From Octopus sinensis (Eukaryota): a DNA stretch of 64,000 bases. Shown here one piece after another: positions 1 to 11,260 of the stretch. The stretch is from the NCBI RefSeq assembly GCF_006345805.1, contig NC_042999.1:62620001-62684000 (forward strand). Reading direction: 5' to 3'. The notes under the pieces were generated by a model. It was not told the origin of the DNA and made no database searches. It worked only from the letters and a program-made list of their open reading frames with translations. Every line of letters begins with the position of its first letter. Position 1 is the first letter of the stretch. The translations under genes were made by a program, and so were the position numbers.

Positions 1-172
1 GGTGTAAGTCAATTACACTGACCCCAGTGCTCATCTGGTACTCATTTTATCAATCCTGAAAGAATGAAAAGCAAAATCAACCTCATTGGAATTTGAACTC
101 AGAACGTAAGGATGAACAAAATACCACTCAGCATTTTTCTTGGCACAGTAACAATTCTGCCAGGTCACTACC
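1..172 (-). mobile_element. tRNA-derived SINE family A, partial
   Basis: Reverse complement matches the GGCAGAA..GTTCTGAGTTCAAATTC..GAGGTTGA..CCTTTCATCC..AAGTACCAG consensus seen at 600, 26316 and 54288. Confidence 0.7.
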
Positions 173-599
173 ACTCATTAAGTTATTAAGCATGTAATTC
201 AGTTGATTGAATAACTGAATGCTCATCATGAAATCCAGCTGAAGATCTATTAAAATCTTGCAACTTAGACAATGCATTCTCTGCTGATAATGTTACAATT
301 ACATTCTTCTACAAGCTCACCACCACCTCCATAAATACTTACACACAAACTATGTACAAAAATAATTCTACCAAAAATATGAAAAAAAGCAGACTAGCAG
401 TAATATCAAATAAAAGAGAGAGAGAGCTAGAAATAGCATCCATATCTTCCTCAAATTACACCTTACCTCCCATCTTGGTAAATGTAGTTCTAGAAATGCA
501 ATTTCCAAGAGAAGAATGGGATGGTCATGGCAAAAATACCTTTGAACATAGATCTACAGTCTCAGGACTGGTCTGGGATTAAACAATATTAACCTTTAA

Positions 600-808
600 G
601 GGTGGCGAGCTGGCAGAAACGTTAGCATGCCGGGTGAAATGCTTAGCAGTATTTTATCTGCCGAGATCGACTTTGCCTTTTATCCTTTCGGGGTCGATTA
701 AATAAGTACCAGTTACACACTGGGGTCGCTGTAATTGACTTAATCCCTTTGTCTGTCCTTGTTTGTCCCCTCTACGTTTAGCTCCTTGTGGGCAATAAAG
801 AAATAAAT
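600..808 (+). mobile_element. SINE family A with TSD
   Basis: GGTGGCGAGCTGGCAGAAACGTTAGC head, AATAAAGAAATA tail, flanked by AATATTAACC(T/C)TTAAG-like direct repeat. Confidence 0.8.
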
Positions 809-1125
809 ATTAACCCTTAAGCATTCAGATTACTCAATGAAATGTAAAGCTCATTGATTTGTATTGTTTTGCGTTAATCATACTCTGAGATTTGATGCCT
901 TGAGATTTTGATGATGCGATTGCTTATTTTTTAAATTGTGCTTCAGAAGACCTTGCAAGCCAAATGAGACCATAACCTTGTGGCCTATGCCAGGGGTGTA
1001 ACCAGCGTACTGCTTGCGAAGACCTGTTAAGGCAAGTGAAATCGAAATCAAATTCGATGACTGGCATCCGTGCTAGTGGAGCACTAAGAGCACCATCTGA
1101 GCATGATCGTTGCCAGAGCAGCTAA

Positions 1126-1422
1126 CCCTCCATATTCACCAGATATTGCTCCTTTGGATTTCCACTTATTCAGGTCTCTGCAGTGTAGTCTTAATGGTAT
1201 AAATTTCAATTCCTTGGATGACATAAAAAGATACCTTGTTGAATTCTTTGCTATGAAACCACCTCAATTCTAGGAAGAGGGTATTTTCAAGTTAAAGGAA
1301 AGATGGAGACGCATTGTGCAACAAAATGGTTCATATTTGGTTGATTAAAATGTAATGGCAAGTATTTATTGACCTTTTTCTTTCCTTTAAAAATCGGCTC
1401 AAATTTTCCAGACAACCCAATA
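1126..1422 (+). mobile_element. mariner transposase C-terminal remnant with 3' TIR
   Basis: Translates PPYSPDIAPLDFHLFRSLQ (mariner YSPDLAPxD motif); ends GACAACCCAA-TA. Confidence 0.8.
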
Positions 1423-1717
1423 GTTAAATTAGTGTTAATATATTGTATGTAGATAAGATGGTGAAGTGGTAGGATTGTTAGCATACAGAGTAAAATGCTT
1501 AACAGTATTTTATCTGTTCAAATTCTGCTGAGGTTCACTTTGCCTTTCATCCTTTTGGGGTTGATGAAACAAGTACCAGTTAAGCACTCAAGTTGATATA
1601 ATCAATTTGCCCCCACCCCTGAAATTGTTACCCCAGTGCCAAAATTTGGAACTAATATATTGTATTCAGTTAAAATCAAAAATTTAATTTGTAATAATAA
1701 TAATAATAATAATAATA

Positions 1718-2100
1718 GGCGTAGGAGTGGCTGTGATAAGTAGCTTACTTACCAACCACATGGTTCCGGGTTCAGTCCCACTGCATGGTACCTTGGGAAA
1801 GTGTCTTCTACTATAGCCTCAGGCCGACTAAAGCCTTGTGAGTGGATTTGGTAAATGGAAATTGAAAGAAGCCTGTCGTATATATGTATATATATGTTTG
1901 TGTGTCTGTGTTTGTCCCCCCAACATCGCTTGACAACCGATGCTGGTGTGTTTATGTCCCCGTAACTTAGCAGTTCAGCAAAAGAGACCGATAGAATAAG
2001 TACTAGGCTTCCAAAGAATAAGTCCTGGGGCCGATTTGCTCGACTAAAGGCGGTGCTCCAGCATGGCCACAGTCAAATGACTGAAACAAGTAAATGAGTA
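1718..2100 (+). mobile_element. tRNA-derived SINE family B
   Basis: GGCGTAGGAGTGGCTGTG..GGTTCAGTCCCACTG head, internal (TA)/(TG) tract, GACTGAAACAAGTAAA-GAGTA tail; repeated many times in window. Confidence 0.85.
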
Positions 2101-2505
2101 ATAATTATGCAATGAGGAAAAGATAAAAGTTGGTTCTGTGACTGATATTTTATTTTAATAATTTTGCAAAGTAAAGGAGATACATTCAAACATGTTTCAG
2201 ATATTGAGCCAGTGAGCTAATGTTTTTCTTTTCCTTGTCACTTAATTCTTTCTTCCTTTTATGATCACTACATTTACTATGATAACACTCACTTAAGTAT
2301 TGATCTTTCATAGGGATGACATCTCTGAGTTACTAAACTGAGTGATGTATCTTTTAAAACATAACAGCAAAAGTGTGTTTGTAGCAGCAGTCTCTTACTA
2401 TGCACTACAACAAACTAGAGCATCATAAAAGGTATCTAGGAATGTCATGGTTTTGTAAAAATATAATTTAAGGCTTCATAAAATCCATGCTAAATCACAT
2501 GTGTC

Positions 2506-2910
2506 TTACTCTTTTACTAGTTTCAGTCTTATGACTGTGTCCATTCTGGAGCAGTGCCTTTTTAGTCGAGCAAATCGACCCTGGGACTTATTCTTTGTAA
2601 GCCTAGTACTTATTCTATCGGTCTCTTTCATCTGAGCCACTAAGTTACAGGGACATAAACACACCAGCATCGGTTGTCAAGCGATGTTGGGGGGACAAAC
2701 ACACACACACACACATATATATGTATGTATGTATATATACATATATATGATGGGCTTCTGTCAGTTTTCATCTACCAAATCCACTCACAAGGCTTTGGTT
2801 GGCCCGAGGCTATAGTAGAAGACACTTGCCCAAGGTGCCATGCAGTGGGACTGAATCCAGAACCATGTGGTTCATAAGCAAGCTACTTACCACACAGCCA
2901 CTCCTACGTC
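2506..2910 (-). mobile_element. SINE family B
   Basis: Full-length reverse-complement copy of 1718-2100. Confidence 0.85.
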
Positions 2911-4555
2911 TATGTCTTGAAAATGTATTATTCAAATTTTCTTATAATAAGTATGTTTAATAAAATAGGGTTGGTGGAGGTGTGGCTGAGTGGTTTTAGG
3001 TTCAATTCCATAACATGGCATCTTAAATAATAATAATAATAATATAATAATGAAATTATTGTATACAGTGCTCAGGTGCACCACAACTTGTCAAAAGTGT
3101 GTATAAAGCATATGAAATACTGTACAAATGTTGGGGGGGGGGGACAAACACAGACAAGTGGGCAAGTGTCTTCTACAATAACCCTGGGATGAGCAAAGCC
3201 TTATGGGTAGATTTGATAAATGAAAACTTAGAAAACTAGTTGTTTGCTGAACTAGATATGGCATTTAAAAAAAGAGGGTACACCATACAGGATTAAATGG
3301 AAGCTTATAAAACAACTGGACCATATCTCAATGAGGGCAGATGATGCAAACTTTGCTTGGCTGAGAGGATAAAGATCATAAAAATTCACTTGACAGTGAT
3401 GTTAGTGTGGGGAAGGAGGCTTCTCAAGTTCCAAAAGTGAAGAATTTTAGTTGATGTCTCTCATAAGAGAGAAAATTCATGCCGAAAATGTGAAATTTCC
3501 CTACATGGAAATTTCCCTGCAAATGGAAATCATGCATAAACTGACCTTTTTCAGAGACAACTGGGACCAGTAAGTGAGATGACTCCATTTTCCCTAGACA
3601 GTATTTTGCTTCAACAAATTTCATTTCAGGGGTTTTTTCACAACCCTGGTTGACCTACACTGTATTCCTACCTCCACTAGTTGAGAGGTTATATGTCTCC
3701 GGCCTGCAAGTCCAACGAGTTGCTAATATAGTTAAGAGCATAAATGGTAACTTCCTGACTGACCATAGCCAACAACTACATTATGTGTGTGTTAAATGTG
3801 TGTATATGTTTGAGTTTTTTTGTTTTAACATCACAAGATTATTGTAAATTGAGCATCCATTTATTTCCAACATCCTGGCCATATCTGGGCATGGGGAGAT
3901 ATTACCTGTCTTGGAAACAGGCAAGGGTTGGCAACAGGAACGGCATCTGGCTGCAGAGTACCTGCCTCAGTAAACTCCATCTGACCCTTGCAAACATGAA
4001 AAGTTAGATGTTAAAACTACGATGATGATGATGATGATGATGATGAGGGTGGTGGTAGTAGCAGCGACGACGACAGTGGTGGCAACGGCGAGGAGGAGGA
4101 GGATTTTATTCTAAATTTTTGACTGCCTTTATTTTTAAAAAAGTAAGCAAGATGAATTAGTCATTATCAAACTACCATACGAAACATTAATTAGTATGAA
4201 ACTTTGACGGCGGGTTTTAATTTAAATCACTTTAAGACAGGAAGTCTGTATCGTGGATCCAAGGTAGTCTTGGGAAGGTTGGTATTAAACGGGTAAAAAC
4301 AATCCTTTTGACCTTTCCATGTACAACTTTTACTTGATCCCCAACACACCTGGAAGTTGAAAACATTGTGAACAATTAGTTTATAGTATTGAAACCTTAC
4401 TCTTACTCCATAAATTCTGAATTAGTCTCTATGTTTAAGTAATCTAATATCTAATTAATGAATTAATGAACTCCAGGTAGTATGAAATGATGCTGGTGAA
4501 AATATGTACTGACGTAATTTTACATATTGGAATGGGGTGCATAAGAATAATTTAA

Positions 4556-4760
4556 CCCCTTTGATACCAACCCGGCTCTGTTGTACAAATGTCTTGTTTT
4601 CATAAGTTTTGAATTAAAATCTTCCACCAAACCTTAGTCACAATTTATGTTCCTAACACTAGCTTAATGGTAACTAAGTTATTTTACTAAATTCTTTGTT
4701 ACATTTAAAGTAATTGAAAGAAACACAGAGCATTTAAAAATAAATACAGTAACGAAAGGG
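4556..4760. mobile_element. piggyBac-type MITE
   Basis: TTAA on both sides (4552-4555, 4761-4764); CCC(C)TTT...AAAGGG termini; related copies near 4.1-4.3, 6.17-6.98 and 25.65-26.31 kb. Confidence 0.7.
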
Positions 4761-5016
4761 TTAAGGGCCTTATAACAACATAGATTACTTTAATGGTGTT
4801 AGCTGAAGTTGGTTTAGTTGGTTTCGTAACAGGTGAGTGACCATGAAGTGGCTTGTAAGGTTAGTGAATAAAATAGAGAGAGGTGGGGAAACAGAGAGAA
4901 GTGAAAGAGTTCATATACGATTTTTTGTTGGCTGTTTGGTTATATTTATTAACGAAAAGATAACTGGAAAAAAAAAAAAGAAAGAAAAAACAAGATCTAC
5001 TTACATAACATTTACA

Positions 5017-5060
<44 letters not shown>

Positions 5061-5238
5061 CATAGGGAGAGAGAGAGAGAGAGAGAGAGAGAAAGAAAGA
5101 AATATGAAGAAAGTGAAACAAGTATTTTCTCATCTCAACCACTACAACCAGTGACATCATCAGCAGCAATTAATAACAGATAAGATTTCAGTGGCTGTGG
5201 GTGTCTGTGTGTGCGCGCTTGTGTGTGTGTGTGTGCAT

Positions 5239-5276
<38 letters not shown>

Positions 5277-5789
5277 CATCTTGATTGGTTAGTAATTCTA
5301 ACATGGGTGTGATGTGAGAAAAGAAAACGAAACAAAAAGCAAACAAAGTATAGTTTTGCACAGAAATCCTCTAACATTAACTTTCAGAAGCTGCTCAGAT
5401 TTCTTTCCTTTACGTAATAACTTGATTCTTGATAAAGATCAGGTACAAACAATGTTTGCCAAAGGACCTTGAACAAAGTTAGCAATTCCTAAAAAAACCA
5501 TAAATTTGATTAATACTGTTTTGCTTCTTTTCTTTTCTATACTGTTTAGAGATCTGAGCTGCTTTTTAGCTTTTTGCTCTGAAGCCTTTTCAAATTCTAC
5601 ATTGTTTAGGCTTTATGATGATGAAATTAAGGAAATATTTATATTTTAGAACTGTAGATATTTAGTAAGTGGCTTGATCTGAGTTTATGCATAGAAACTG
5701 AGTCATTTACACCACACAAGAATGATTGATAATCATTTAAAATACACACATACGCCTTTTTATTCACTTCTAATAATAATAATTATAAT

Positions 5790-6050
5790 AATAATGATAA
5801 TGAAATTATTGCATGCAGTGCTCAGGTGCATCACAACTTGTCAAAAGTGCACATAAAGCATATGCAGTAATCTACAAATGTCTGGGAAGCGAACAGTGTA
5901 TGAGTCAGGTACATGCTTGCATGTGTATGGAGGGGAGAAAATCAGGTGTAGCGTTGGCAAATCTCAGGAAGCATGGAAGTTTTGAAGGATGCAGTGCTCC
6001 GACAACTAACAACTGATGCCAGCAGTTTGTTCCATACTTCAGCAACTCTA
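5790..6050 (-). mobile_element. CR1/L2-type LINE 3' end
   Basis: Minus strand reads AEVWNKLLASVVSCRSTASFKTSM-like ORF2 C-terminus, then 3'UTR and (ATT)n tail; same as 25865-26135 (+). Confidence 0.7.
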
Positions 6051-6269
6051 AATTGTTATTTATATCAGTCATTCCTGCACTTATTTTATCTTGGAACCCT
6101 TATACAATTTTTTCCAAATATCATGGTACATATACCCATATCTTATGGACAACTCCTGCTTTCCTAATTTTAACACTTTTGATACCAACTTACCTGAAAC
6201 TGATTTGGTTCTATAACATGAATTTCAGTTCTATAACACAAAGTGATCTAAAGTAAAACCTTTCATCAA

Positions 6270-6477
6270 TACTCTTTTACTCTTTTGCATGTTTCAGTCA
6301 TTTGACTGCAGCAATGCTGGAGCACCGCCTTTAGTCGAGCAAATCGACCCCAGGACTTATTCTTTGTAAGCCTGGTACTTATTCTATTGATCTCTTTTGC
6401 CAAATCACTAAGTTAGGGGATGTAAACACACCACCATCAGTTGTCAAGCAATGTTGGGGGAACAAACAGACACACAA

Positions 6478-6540
<63 letters not shown>

Positions 6541-6683
6541 TATACGATGGGCTTCTTTCAGTTTCCGTCTATCAAATCCACTCACAAGGCTTTGGTTGGC
6601 CAGAGGCTATAGTAGAAGACACTTGCCGAAAGTGCCACGCAGTGGAACTGAACCCGGAACCATGTGGTTGGTAAGCAAGCTGC
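6270..6683 (-). mobile_element. SINE family B nested in a TTAA MITE
   Basis: Matches 1718-2100; MITE halves at about 6170-6270 and 6880-6985. Confidence 0.8.
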
Positions 6684-6766
6684 TATATACCCTCCAGCCT
6701 TCATCAGGTGTCTTGGGGAAATTTTGAACCTGGGTCCTTATTCCTAAGGTATTTTTTGATGTTGTG

Positions 6767-6804
<38 letters not shown>

Positions 6805-6875
6805 GGTCACTGCCTGGAATCAAACTAGGAAGCTCGGGGTTGATAGCCTGTGCTCTTAACCACTACGTCACATGC
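6684..6875 (-). mobile_element. solo PLE pLTR fragment (tRNA-like head + truncated hammerhead)
   Basis: Same sequence as the 3' pLTR of the PLE at 61100-61310; minus strand GACAC-CTGATGA-AGGCTGGAGGGTATATA, truncated in stem II. Confidence 0.75.
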
Positions 6876-8539
6876 TCCAAACAATAGTTTGACAAAGTTG
6901 TTTTATTAAATTCTTCCCTATTTTCAAAGTAAATTGAAATAAAGACAATATATTTCAACAGAAATATAGTAACAAAAAGGGTTGATAAAGCATTCAATGA
7001 AACAAACGTTTTTAAAAGAGAATTTATTCATATAAAAACATATAATTACGTACAAATTCCATTAACTTTTATGTTTCGGGTGAAGTCAGTTTGAAAATAA
7101 ATGAATAAGAAAGATCACCTCTCCAATCGGTTGACTATCTGTGAATAGGAAGAACAAATATTTTGGTTAAACCTTCTAAATGTGCACAAAATAGATGCAA
7201 TTCTGCTTGTGTAACACTCAGATTAACTCTTAGATTTTTTCAAGACTTTTGTTAGGCTTGAAATAGCTGCTGCTACTGCCACCATCATCATCGTCATCAT
7301 CATCATCATCATCATTTGCCTTGGTTAGATAGGTTTTAAAACATCTCACCTCCTGTTACAGTCTCTTGTCATCTTGTACACACAGCGATGGAAACGGAAA
7401 AAATTGCCATGTTTTCTTTTGGAACCACTTTACAACATGAACTAGATACATGCCTATAGTTGTTACTTGGAGTTACTGGTCTTATCAGCTGGTTTCCTGT
7501 ATTGTGCTATGGAGTTTGTCTTTCCTTCATTCCTTCCTTTTCTTTTTCACTATAGTTATTTTTTACAGCTGAATATTCTTCCTAGCACCCACCATTTAAC
7601 AGTGTAAACAGTTGGACAGGCTTTTATGGCATACCTAAATATTTACACCAATTAGTGATAGTGTTTACATTTAAAATTAACTCATTATGGATTAGGTACA
7701 TTTTATCATACCACTTGACTAGAGTATCAGTCTGTTGTAGAACTAAAGAAACCCTCTTAGCTTAGTAATAATGCTATTTATGACTATTGGCTGAAACCCT
7801 CAACCCCATAACGTTTGCTGGTTAATAATGGTTTCAGATCTTGGCACAGGCCCAGTAGTTTTTGATGCAAGGGGAAGTCAATTAAATTGACACCAATTTA
7901 AGTACCAGTCAAGTACTTTGGTACTTGACTGGTATTTTATTTCATTCAATTTGCCATCAAGGCATTACACAGAAGTAGTAGCTATGGGCTGGACAATAAC
8001 ATTAATGAGATGAATGATGAAAAAATGGTATTAATGAGGGAAGGCAGAAGACACCCACCGATCTCTGCTTCTCTAAAACACTGTTCTTTTACAAAACATA
8101 CAATTTGAGGTAATAAACCTCTTACTATTGTTCCATTTGGACTCAAGGTCCTTACAATGAGGCACTAAGCCTCTTACCAAAAATAACACCGTGTCCTTAA
8201 AAATGAGACACTAGGCCTCTTACATTTTTCTCTTTTAGGGCCATATGCCCTTTCAGTATGAGGCACTCAGCCTCTTAATTTTACAATTTTCTGCCCCACT
8301 GGCACCCGACCAGGTTCAAAGCATCACTTAAGCAGTCTGATAGTGCCACGTCAGAGTGCCATAATTGGAAGCGGAATACACCTTCTGGGAAGGAGTCCAT
8401 TATCCGTGTCTGAGATGACCTCCACAGTTACCTATGGAGGCCATCCAGGATCTTTAATGCTGTTTATGTCTCCTCCTCTGGCAAACTTTTTAGTAGACTT
8501 TCCCACTGCCTCTCCCGTGAGGGAGAAGACCAAATATTG

Positions 8540-8699
8540 TACTTATTGGTACTTAGGGTGAAAAGCAAAGTCAACCTCAGCGGAATTTGAACTCAGAATC
8601 TAAAACTGGACGAAATACTGCTAAGCATTTTGACTAGTGCAGTAACAGTTCTGCCACCTCACTGCCTTTCTGCTTATGAATAATAACAATAATAATAAT

Positions 8700-8735
<36 letters not shown>

Positions 8736-8950
8736 TATCCTTTCTACTGAAGGCACAAGGCCTGAAATTATGGGGGAGAGGACTAATCAATTACATTGAA
8801 CCCAGTATTTCACTGGTACTTATTTTATCAACCCCAAAAGGATGACAGGCGAAGTCGACCTCAGTGGAATTTGAACTCAGAACACAAGGACAGATGAAAT
8901 GCTGATAAGCATTTTGCCTGGCATGCTAGCAAATCTGCCAGCTCGCCTCC
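8540..8950 (-). mobile_element. two SINE family A copies separated by (AAT)n
   Basis: GGAATTTGAACTCAGAA B-box-like motif twice (about 8582 and 8866). Confidence 0.75.
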
Positions 8951-9124
8951 TTAATAATAATGATGATGATGACGATGATGATATGTATGTATACATATAA
9001 ATATATATATATACATAAGGGACTAAAGCCATCTGAATATGGCTAGGGACAGGGCAGGGTGGTGGGGGTGTTACTGTTGCATTTAGCCCCAGGCGAACAT
9101 CGACGTCGCCAGATAGGCTTGACA

Positions 9125-9174
9125 CCACACATTGATGATAGGCAATACACCTTGAAACCATGGTCCGTGTGTGG
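9125..9174 (+). ncRNA. type I hammerhead ribozyme motif (copy 1; U3 variant, first stem I pair mismatched)
   Basis: CCACACA-UUGAUGA-UAGGCAAUACACCUU-GAAA-CCAUGG-UC/CGUGUGUGG; predicted cut after C9165. Confidence 0.7.
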
Positions 9175-9485
9175 TTTCCGCTTCATCGGGGAATTATCTC
9201 CCTTTGCAGGTTAAAGGACACCGTGATGGTGTCAAGCCTATCTGGCGACGTCGATGTTCGCCTGGGGCTAAATGCAACAGTAACACCCCCACCACCCTGC
9301 CCTGTCCCTAGCCATATTCAGATGGCTTTAGTCCCTTATGTTATGGAGCAGTTACTGTCTATATCTCATTTAGAGAATTATTATTGCTGTCGAACAGATT
9401 TTCGAAATCAGCAAATGTATTTTGCTTGAAAATCTATATATGAATATCCTGCAGAGTGAGATTTCGTCGAGGAAGCGGGGGCCTA

Positions 9486-9535
9486 CCACACGTTGATGAT
9501 AGGCAATACACCTTGAAACCATGGTCCGTGTGTGG
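9486..9535 (+). ncRNA. type I hammerhead ribozyme motif (copy 2)
   Basis: CACACG/CGUGUG stem I, UUGAUGA, stem II AGG/CCU, GAAA, palindromic ACCAUGGU, GUC cut after 9526. Confidence 0.78.
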
Positions 9536-9747
9536 TTTCCGCTTCATCGGGGAATTATCTCCCTTTGCAGGTTAAAGGACACCGTGATGGTGTCAAGCCT
9601 ATCTGGCGACGTCGATGTTCGCCTGGGGCTAAATGCAACAGTAACACCCCCACCACCCTGCCCTGTCCCTAGCCATATTCAGATGGCTTTAGTCCTTTAT
9701 GTTATGGAGCAGTTACTGTCTATATCTCATTTAGAGAATTATTATTG

Positions 9748-9793
<46 letters not shown>

Positions 9794-9854
9794 TAACAGA
9801 ATGAGATAAAAATCCAAGGCTGTGAAAGATTTCAGAACATTTATAAAGAGAAAG

Positions 9855-9900
9855 TCTTACAGCTGTTTCCAGGATATTTTATGTATCCCTTCATTGGAGA
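9855..9900 (-). ncRNA. hammerhead motif, probably inactivated copy (CCAAUGA)
   Basis: UCU-CCAAUGA-AGGGAUA..UAUCCUG-GAAA-CAGCUG-UA-AGA; G5 changed to A. Confidence 0.55.
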
Positions 9901-10130
9901 TGGCGTGAGAAAATGGTTAAGCAATAGTTATTCTAGATAAGATATGAAATAGAGAGTGAAGTGGAGGAATGAAAATAGACGTGAGATATGCAGGGATATT
10001 GTATCTACAGTTCCATTATTTAGGCAGAATGGTATACATATAAGATTCCTGTACCTTGTGTGTATTTAAAATTGGTCATTCCAAGCATAGAGTTTGTAAA
10101 CGGTGTTATTGAATTGTTTTATACATATGA

Positions 10131-10209
10131 GCGGTTTAGCTTAATTGGTTCAGTGCACCGCGACGCATAATCACGGAGGTGTGAGTTCGAGTCTCATAGC
10201 CGGCCGCCA
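10131..10209 (+). tRNA. tRNA-Met(CAT)-like module (repeat-embedded, probably not a functional tRNA)
   Basis: A box TAGCTTAATTGG, anticodon arm CCGCGA-CGCATAA-TCACGG, T arm GTGAG-TTCGAGT-CTCAT, ends GCCGCCA followed by T6. Confidence 0.6.
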
Positions 10210-10348
10210 ACACTTTTTTCTGCAAAATAGGGGTAGCTTATCCTGTCCAGGCTATATGATTAGCATTATCCTGCATTTGAGAATTTAAAATCACTTCTTT
10301 AACTTTCTAAGACATCTCAACACTTCTAAAGCAAACTTCTTTTATCTA

Positions 10349-10420
<72 letters not shown>

Positions 10421-10478
10421 CAGAATGAGATAAAAATCCAAGGCTGTGAAAGATTTCAGAACATTTATAAAGAGAAAG

Positions 10479-10524
10479 TCTTACAGCTGTTTCCAGGATA
10501 TTTGATGTATACCTTCATCGGAGA
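10479..10524 (-). ncRNA. minimal hammerhead motif with CCGAUGA core
   Basis: UCU-CCGAUGA-stem II-GAAA-CAGCUG-UA/AGA; palindromic ACAGCUGU stem III. Confidence 0.65.
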
Positions 10525-10743
10525 TGGCGTGAGAAAATGGTTAAGCAATAGTTATTCTAGATAAGATATGAAATAGAGAGTGAAGTGGAGGAATGAAAAT
10601 AGACGTGAGATATGTATCTACAGTTCCATTATTTAGGCAGAATGGTATACATATAAGATTCCTGTACCTTGTGTGTATTTAAAATTGGTCATTCCAAGCA
10701 TAGAGTTTGTAAACGGTGTTATTGAATTGTTTTATACATATGA

Positions 10744-10822
10744 GCGGTTTAGCTTAATTGGTTCAGTGCACCGCGACGCATAATCACGGAGGTGTGAGTT
10801 CGAGTCTCATAGCCGGCCGCCA
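10744..10822 (+). tRNA. tRNA-Met(CAT)-like module, second copy
   Basis: Identical to 10131-10209. Confidence 0.6.
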
Positions 10823-10961
10823 ACACTTTTTTCTGCAAAATAGGGGTAGCTTATCCTGTCCAGGCTATATGATTAGCATTATCCTGCATTTGAGAATTTA
10901 AAATCACTTCTTTAACTTTCTAAGACATCTCAACACTTCTAAAGCAAACTTCTTTTATCTA

Positions 10962-11013
<52 letters not shown>

Positions 11014-11260
11014 CAATATTTTATAATTACAAATATAATTATAATTAGGGTTCACCAAAGATTTGCTTTACCACATACTGAAGTTTAGAAATAGCAGCCA
11101 AAGAACCTTAGCTATTTCTTCTACTATAAGAAGAGACTCCCGGACAAAAACAAAATGGTTCTTTTTCATGCCGAATTCTACTTGGTGAAATTATTGATTA
11201 CTAGTTAATTAATTAATTTTACCCTTTATTATTATTGATATATGTATATATATATATAAC

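Larger units (their letters stand above)
9013..9749 (+). mobile_element. non-autonomous hammerhead-containing element (candidate retrozyme): 115-bp inverted arm + 1.7 tandem copies of a 361-nt unit
   Basis: 9013-9127 is the reverse complement of 9227-9341; 9125-9388 repeats at 9486-9749; (TA)n on both flanks. Confidence 0.85.
9791..10965 (-). mobile_element. tandem pLTR-like units (about 620 bp period) separated by (TA)n, each with a hammerhead (-) and a tRNA-like module (+)
   Basis: 9791-10350 repeats at 10415-10965 with an 11-nt indel and point differences. Confidence 0.8.

Noticed and set aside
3424-3720. 66-aa minus ORF in unique-looking DNA
   Set aside because: No recognisable motif and no good splice acceptor in frame.
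9160-9192. Opposite-strand CCGAUGA-AGCG-GAAAC motif suggesting an ambisense ribozyme
   Set aside because: No U16.1/H17 after stem III and no stem I; the sequence is explained by the extended stem I of the plus-strand fold.
9160-9796. Duplicated 89-91 aa ORFs (MVRVWFPLHRG...) and the antisense ORF 8877-9161
   Set aside because: By-products of the tandem/inverted repeat; the ATG lies in the hammerhead stem III palindrome and there is no protein motif.
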